Below are positions 60,746 to 64,000 of a DNA stretch of 64,000 nt, in pieces. Both the position numbers and the translations under genes were made by a program. Numbering within the stretch: position 1 is the first letter of the stretch; every line of letters starts with the position of its first letter. The stretch lies in the NCBI GenBank assembly GCA_049517415.1, contig JBEKSC010000010.1, positions 1 to 64,000 of the forward strand, written 5' to 3'. A model generated the notes under the pieces. That model was not told the origin of the DNA and did no database searches. It worked only from the letters and a program-made list of their open reading frames with translations. This stretch comes from Candidatus Bathyarchaeia archaeon. Lineage in GTDB: Archaea; Thermoproteota; Bathyarchaeia; 40CM-2-53-6.

Positions 60746-61735
60746 ATGGCTAAAGTATACTACGATAAGGACATAGATCTTTCTCCAGTTGTCGGAGCAA
60801 AGGTTGGCGTGATTGGGTACGGCAGCCAAGGCCGGGCCCAAGCACTAAACCTTCGAGATTCCGGCGCGGAAGTCTTCGTGGGCTTACGCAAAGATGGAAA
60901 GTCATGGAAGATGGCGGAAAGCGATGGTTTTCACCCGTTGACGATTAGGGACGCGACCGCCAAAGCCGATGCCCTCCTATTGCTAATCCCCGACCCCCAG
61001 CAGCCAACCGTCTTCACCTCCGAGATTGCTCCAAACCTCAAAGCAGGCAAGACGCTTAGTTTCTCCCACGGTTACAACATTCGCTTCGGCGACGTTGTTC
61101 CCTCAAAGGACATAGACGTAGTGATGGTTGCACCGAAGAGTCCTGGCCAGAGACTTCGTGAACTGTACGTGAACGGGTTCGGCGTTCCTGCTCTTTTCGC
61201 AGTTCATCAGAATCCATCGGGGCGGGCACGAGAATTTGTTCTTGCGTTGTGCAAGGGGATTGGCGCGTCAAGGGCCGGAGTGTTCGAAACCACTTTCAAG
61301 GATGAAACCGAATCGGGTCTTTTCGGTGAACAAGCGGTACTCGTCGGCGGCCTCATGCGCCTCATCATCGAAGGATATGAGACTCTCGTCGCCGCCGGAT
61401 ATCCACCGGAACTATCCTACTACGAAAGCTGCAACGAAATGAAACTCATAATGGACCTCGTATACCAGTACGGATTCGTCGGAATGTTGCGACGAGTGTC
61501 CGACACCGCAAAATTTGGCGGTCTCACAGTGGGACCCAAAGTTATAGACAAGACCGTACGCGGTCACATGCAAGAGGTGCTGAAGGAAATTCGGTCCGGA
61601 GCATTCGCAAAGGCATGGACCGGAGACCGGGAGAAGAGCGCCCAAGCTCTCGACGCTATGATGCGTGAACTCGAAAATCATTCAATCGAAAAAGTGGGCA
61701 GAGACATTCGGAAACTCTCGGGCCTCGAAAAATAG
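60746..61735 (+). CDS. ilvC: Ketol-acid reductoisomerase
   Basis: IGYGSQG.A, NLRDSG, APKSPG, LFGEQ.VL.GG, SDTA. Confidence 0.96.
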   Translation: MAKVYYDKDIDLSPVVGAKVGVIGYGSQGRAQALNLRDSGAEVFVGLRKDGKSWKMAESDGFHPLTIRDATAKADALLLLIPDPQQPTVFTSEIAPNLKAGKTLSFSHGYNIRFGDVVPSKDIDVVMVAPKSPGQRLRELYVNGFGVPALFAVHQNPSGRAREFVLALCKGIGASRAGVFETTFKDETESGLFGEQAVLVGGLMRLIIEGYETLVAAGYPPELSYYESCNEMKLIMDLVYQYGFVGMLRRVSDTAKFGGLTVGPKVIDKTVRGHMQEVLKEIRSGAFAKAWTGDREKSAQALDAMMRELENHSIEKVGRDIRKLSGLEK

Positions 61736-61751
61736 TGCCAGGTGAACAGAC

Positions 61752-62780
61752 ACGAATTACACTATAGCGTTCATGGAGGGCGATGGGATAGGTCCAGAAC
61801 AATCGCTAGCCACAAAGGAAGCTCTTGCAGAAGTCGACCGCATTTATGGTGTGGCGTTGAATATTGTACCGATCGAAGCGGGAGATCGGGCTCTTAAGGC
61901 GCACGGGGCGGCCCTACCAGAAAAGAGCCTCGAAACCATCAAGCAAAGCGACTGTTGCCTCAAAGCCCCAATTGGCGAGTCAGCATACGATGTCATCGTT
62001 CGCTTAAGACAACGACTGGATCTTTATGCAAACGTTCGACCGGCAAAATCGCTTCCGAATGTGCCGTGTCTGAATTCCCTTACCGACTTGATCATCGTGA
62101 GGGAGAATACGGAGGACTTGTACGTCGGTCTGGAGGCAGGCGACAATAATAGGGCAACTGCTACGCGCGTCATATCTAGAAAGGCCTCCGAACGAGTTGC
62201 GAAATATGCGTTCGAGCTAGCCCGCGAGCGAAGAAACTCTGTCACGGCGATTCACAAAGCCAACGTCATGAGGAAGACCGACGGACTCTTTCTCTCGGCT
62301 TGCAAAGAGGTGGCCTCGATGTATCCAGGCGTTGGTTTCTCAGATATGCTCGTAGACGCAGCAGCAATGAACCTCATACGGAATCCTGAGCAATTCGATG
62401 TTCTCGTCACGACTAACATGTTTGGCGACATACTTTCCGACGAAGCGGCTCAAGTCGCGGGTGGCTTGGGCATCGCAGCCTCGGGGAATATTGGCGACGA
62501 TTTCGCCATATTCGAACCCGTGCATGGCTGCGCACCAGACATCGCGGGGACCAACACGGCTAATCCGACTTCGCTCATACTCTCCGCGGCAATGATGCTG
62601 AACTGGCTGGGGCGGCATAAGCATGACAATCAAGCGACTCTCGCCTCGCGGGCGCTTCAAGGAGCCGTGGAAGTTTGTCTCTCGCGTGGAGAAGTTACAC
62701 GCGACCTTGGAGGTAGCCTTGGGACTCTGGAAATGGGTAGGGCAGTAAAGTCACAATTCAGCCAGGTGGTCGTGGAATGA
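61752..62780 (+). CDS. leuB: 3-isopropylmalate dehydrogenase
   Basis: YTIAF.EGDGIGPE, RENTE.LY, HKANV, NMFGDILSD, EPVHG.APD; start placed at ACG 61752 (first ATG 61773). Confidence 0.88.
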   Translation, partial: TNYTIAFMEGDGIGPEQSLATKEALAEVDRIYGVALNIVPIEAGDRALKAHGAALPEKSLETIKQSDCCLKAPIGESAYDVIVRLRQRLDLYANVRPAKSLPNVPCLNSLTDLIIVRENTEDLYVGLEAGDNNRATATRVISRKASERVAKYAFELARERRNSVTAIHKANVMRKTDGLFLSACKEVASMYPGVGFSDMLVDAAAMNLIRNPEQFDVLVTTNMFGDILSDEAAQVAGGLGIAASGNIGDDFAIFEPVHGCAPDIAGTNTANPTSLILSAAMMLNWLGRHKHDNQATLASRALQGAVEVCLSRGEVTRDLGGSLGTLEMGRAVKSQFSQVVVE

Positions 62781-64000
62781 GTTCACCTCTCCGAATCTTC
62801 GATACAACTCTCAGGGACGGAGAACAGACACCCGGAGTATCCCTAACTCCCGACGAAAAGGTCAAAATCGCTCGCCAACTCGACAAACTAGGCGTTGACG
62901 CAATAGAGGCCGGGTTTCCAATCGCTTCAGCGGGTGAATGGGAATCAGTTTCAGCTGTAGCGAAAGCAGGCCTGTCATGCGAAGTCGTCGGTTTAGCGCG
63001 AGCCAACAAGCTTGACATTGACAAGGCGCTTAGTGCAGGCGTGGAATCCGTTCACGTATTCATAGCCACCTCCGACCTTCACCTGAAGTACAAGCTAAAA
63101 CTAACCCGAGAGCAGGTGCTCGACCGCATAGCCGAATCGGTTACGTACGCAAAACGCCAAGCTCGAATAGTCGAATTCTCAGCCGAAGACGCGACGCGGA
63201 CTGAAGCAGAATTCCTAAGAAAAGCCTACGAAACAGCCGAACGCTCGGGCGCGGGTCGATTGAATATACCCGACACAGTCGGAATCTCCTCGCCCCAAAG
63301 CATCGCAAGAATTACGCGAGAAGTTGTGTCTGCAACAAGTGTCCCAGTGAGCATCCACTGTCACGATGACTTTGGACTTGCGGTGGCTAACAGCCTAGCC
63401 GCGATCGAGGCTGGAGCAACTCAAGCACATGTCACCGTCAACGGCCTCGGCGAGAGAGCGGGCAACACTTCACTCGAAGAGCTAGTGATGTCCCTACACA
63501 GACTCTACGATCGACGTACAAGAATCAAGACGGAGCTTCTCAGCGAGACATCAAAACTCGTAGCGTCACTAACCGGAGTTCGTGTGCAACCCAACAAGGC
63601 AGTGGTAGGCGAGAACGCCTTTGGGCATGAATCCGGAATCCACACTCACGGCATAGCAGAAATGCCACTGACATACGAACCGTACGACCCCGCGCTCGTC
63701 GGTCGCCGACGTTGGTTTCAGGCGGGTAAGCATGCGGGCGCGCACGGTATTGCGACTCAACTCGCTGAAGCTGGATTCTTTCCCGACAAGAATCAACTAG
63801 CGGAGGTTGTTACGCGAGTGAAGGACATCGGGGACAAAGGTAAGACGGTTACTGACGCTGACCTAATCGCGATCACCGAAGCCGTGTTAGGCAAAACTAC
63901 GGGGAGGGAGCGCATCATAGACCTTGTGGATCTTGCAGTCGTGACCGGAAAAGGGCTTCTTCCCACAGCGTCAGTACGCCTCCGACTGAGCGGGAAGGAG
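62777..64000 (+). CDS. leuA: 2-isopropylmalate synthase (LeuA-like), truncated by window end
   Basis: MSSPLRIFDTTLRDGEQTPG, IEAGFP, HCHDD.GLA.AN, GERAGN, HESGIH; ATGA overlap with leuB. Confidence 0.88.
   Translation, partial: MSSPLRIFDTTLRDGEQTPGVSLTPDEKVKIARQLDKLGVDAIEAGFPIASAGEWESVSAVAKAGLSCEVVGLARANKLDIDKALSAGVESVHVFIATSDLHLKYKLKLTREQVLDRIAESVTYAKRQARIVEFSAEDATRTEAEFLRKAYETAERSGAGRLNIPDTVGISSPQSIARITREVVSATSVPVSIHCHDDFGLAVANSLAAIEAGATQAHVTVNGLGERAGNTSLEELVMSLHRLYDRRTRIKTELLSETSKLVASLTGVRVQPNKAVVGENAFGHESGIHTHGIAEMPLTYEPYDPALVGRRRWFQAGKHAGAHGIATQLAEAGFFPDKNQLAEVVTRVKDIGDKGKTVTDADLIAITEAVLGKTTGRERIIDLVDLAVVTGKGLLPTASVRLRLSGKE

Noticed and set aside
1..64000. Genome-wide UAG reassignment
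   Set aside because: Many genes end at TAG at expected lengths (for example 3094, 13775, 29958, 40162, 54969, 61735).
1..64000. tRNA, rRNA, CRISPR array, transposase or integrase
   Set aside because: None recognised by eye; a tRNAscan-SE/Rfam run would be needed to exclude small RNAs.

Overview
Archaeal chromosomal window. The evidence is an Rpo12 gene, BRE/TATA promoters, GGTGA-type SD sites and frequent TTG starts; a TACK/Bathyarchaeia-like origin is my inference only. About 0.4-43.9 kb is a large surface-glycosylation island: AsnB-type amidotransferase, many GT2/GT4 enzymes, a GT10 fucosyltransferase-like gene, four GT-C membrane transferases, GDP-fucose (gmd/fcl), dTDP-rhamnose (rfbACBD), a DegT aminotransferase plus acetyltransferase, and two Wzx-type flippases. 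It also holds nadE and a decayed partial nadE duplicate. The rest is housekeeping: cofE, two tandem membrane pyrophosphatases, alanine aminotransferase, rpo12, a Tat locus and a cimA-ilvBNC-leuB-leuA operon. Most notable: (1) an unannotated Ile/Leu/Val-rich leader peptide followed directly by a GC-rich hairpin just upstream of ilvB, a candidate ribosome-mediated attenuator in an archaeon; (2) an in-frame TAG at the invariant Lys of GDPLKDT in the second pyrophosphatase, followed by a structured 3' region; (3) apparent non-canonical starts for leuB (ACG) and asnB (TTC). No rRNA, tRNA, CRISPR array or transposase was recognised.
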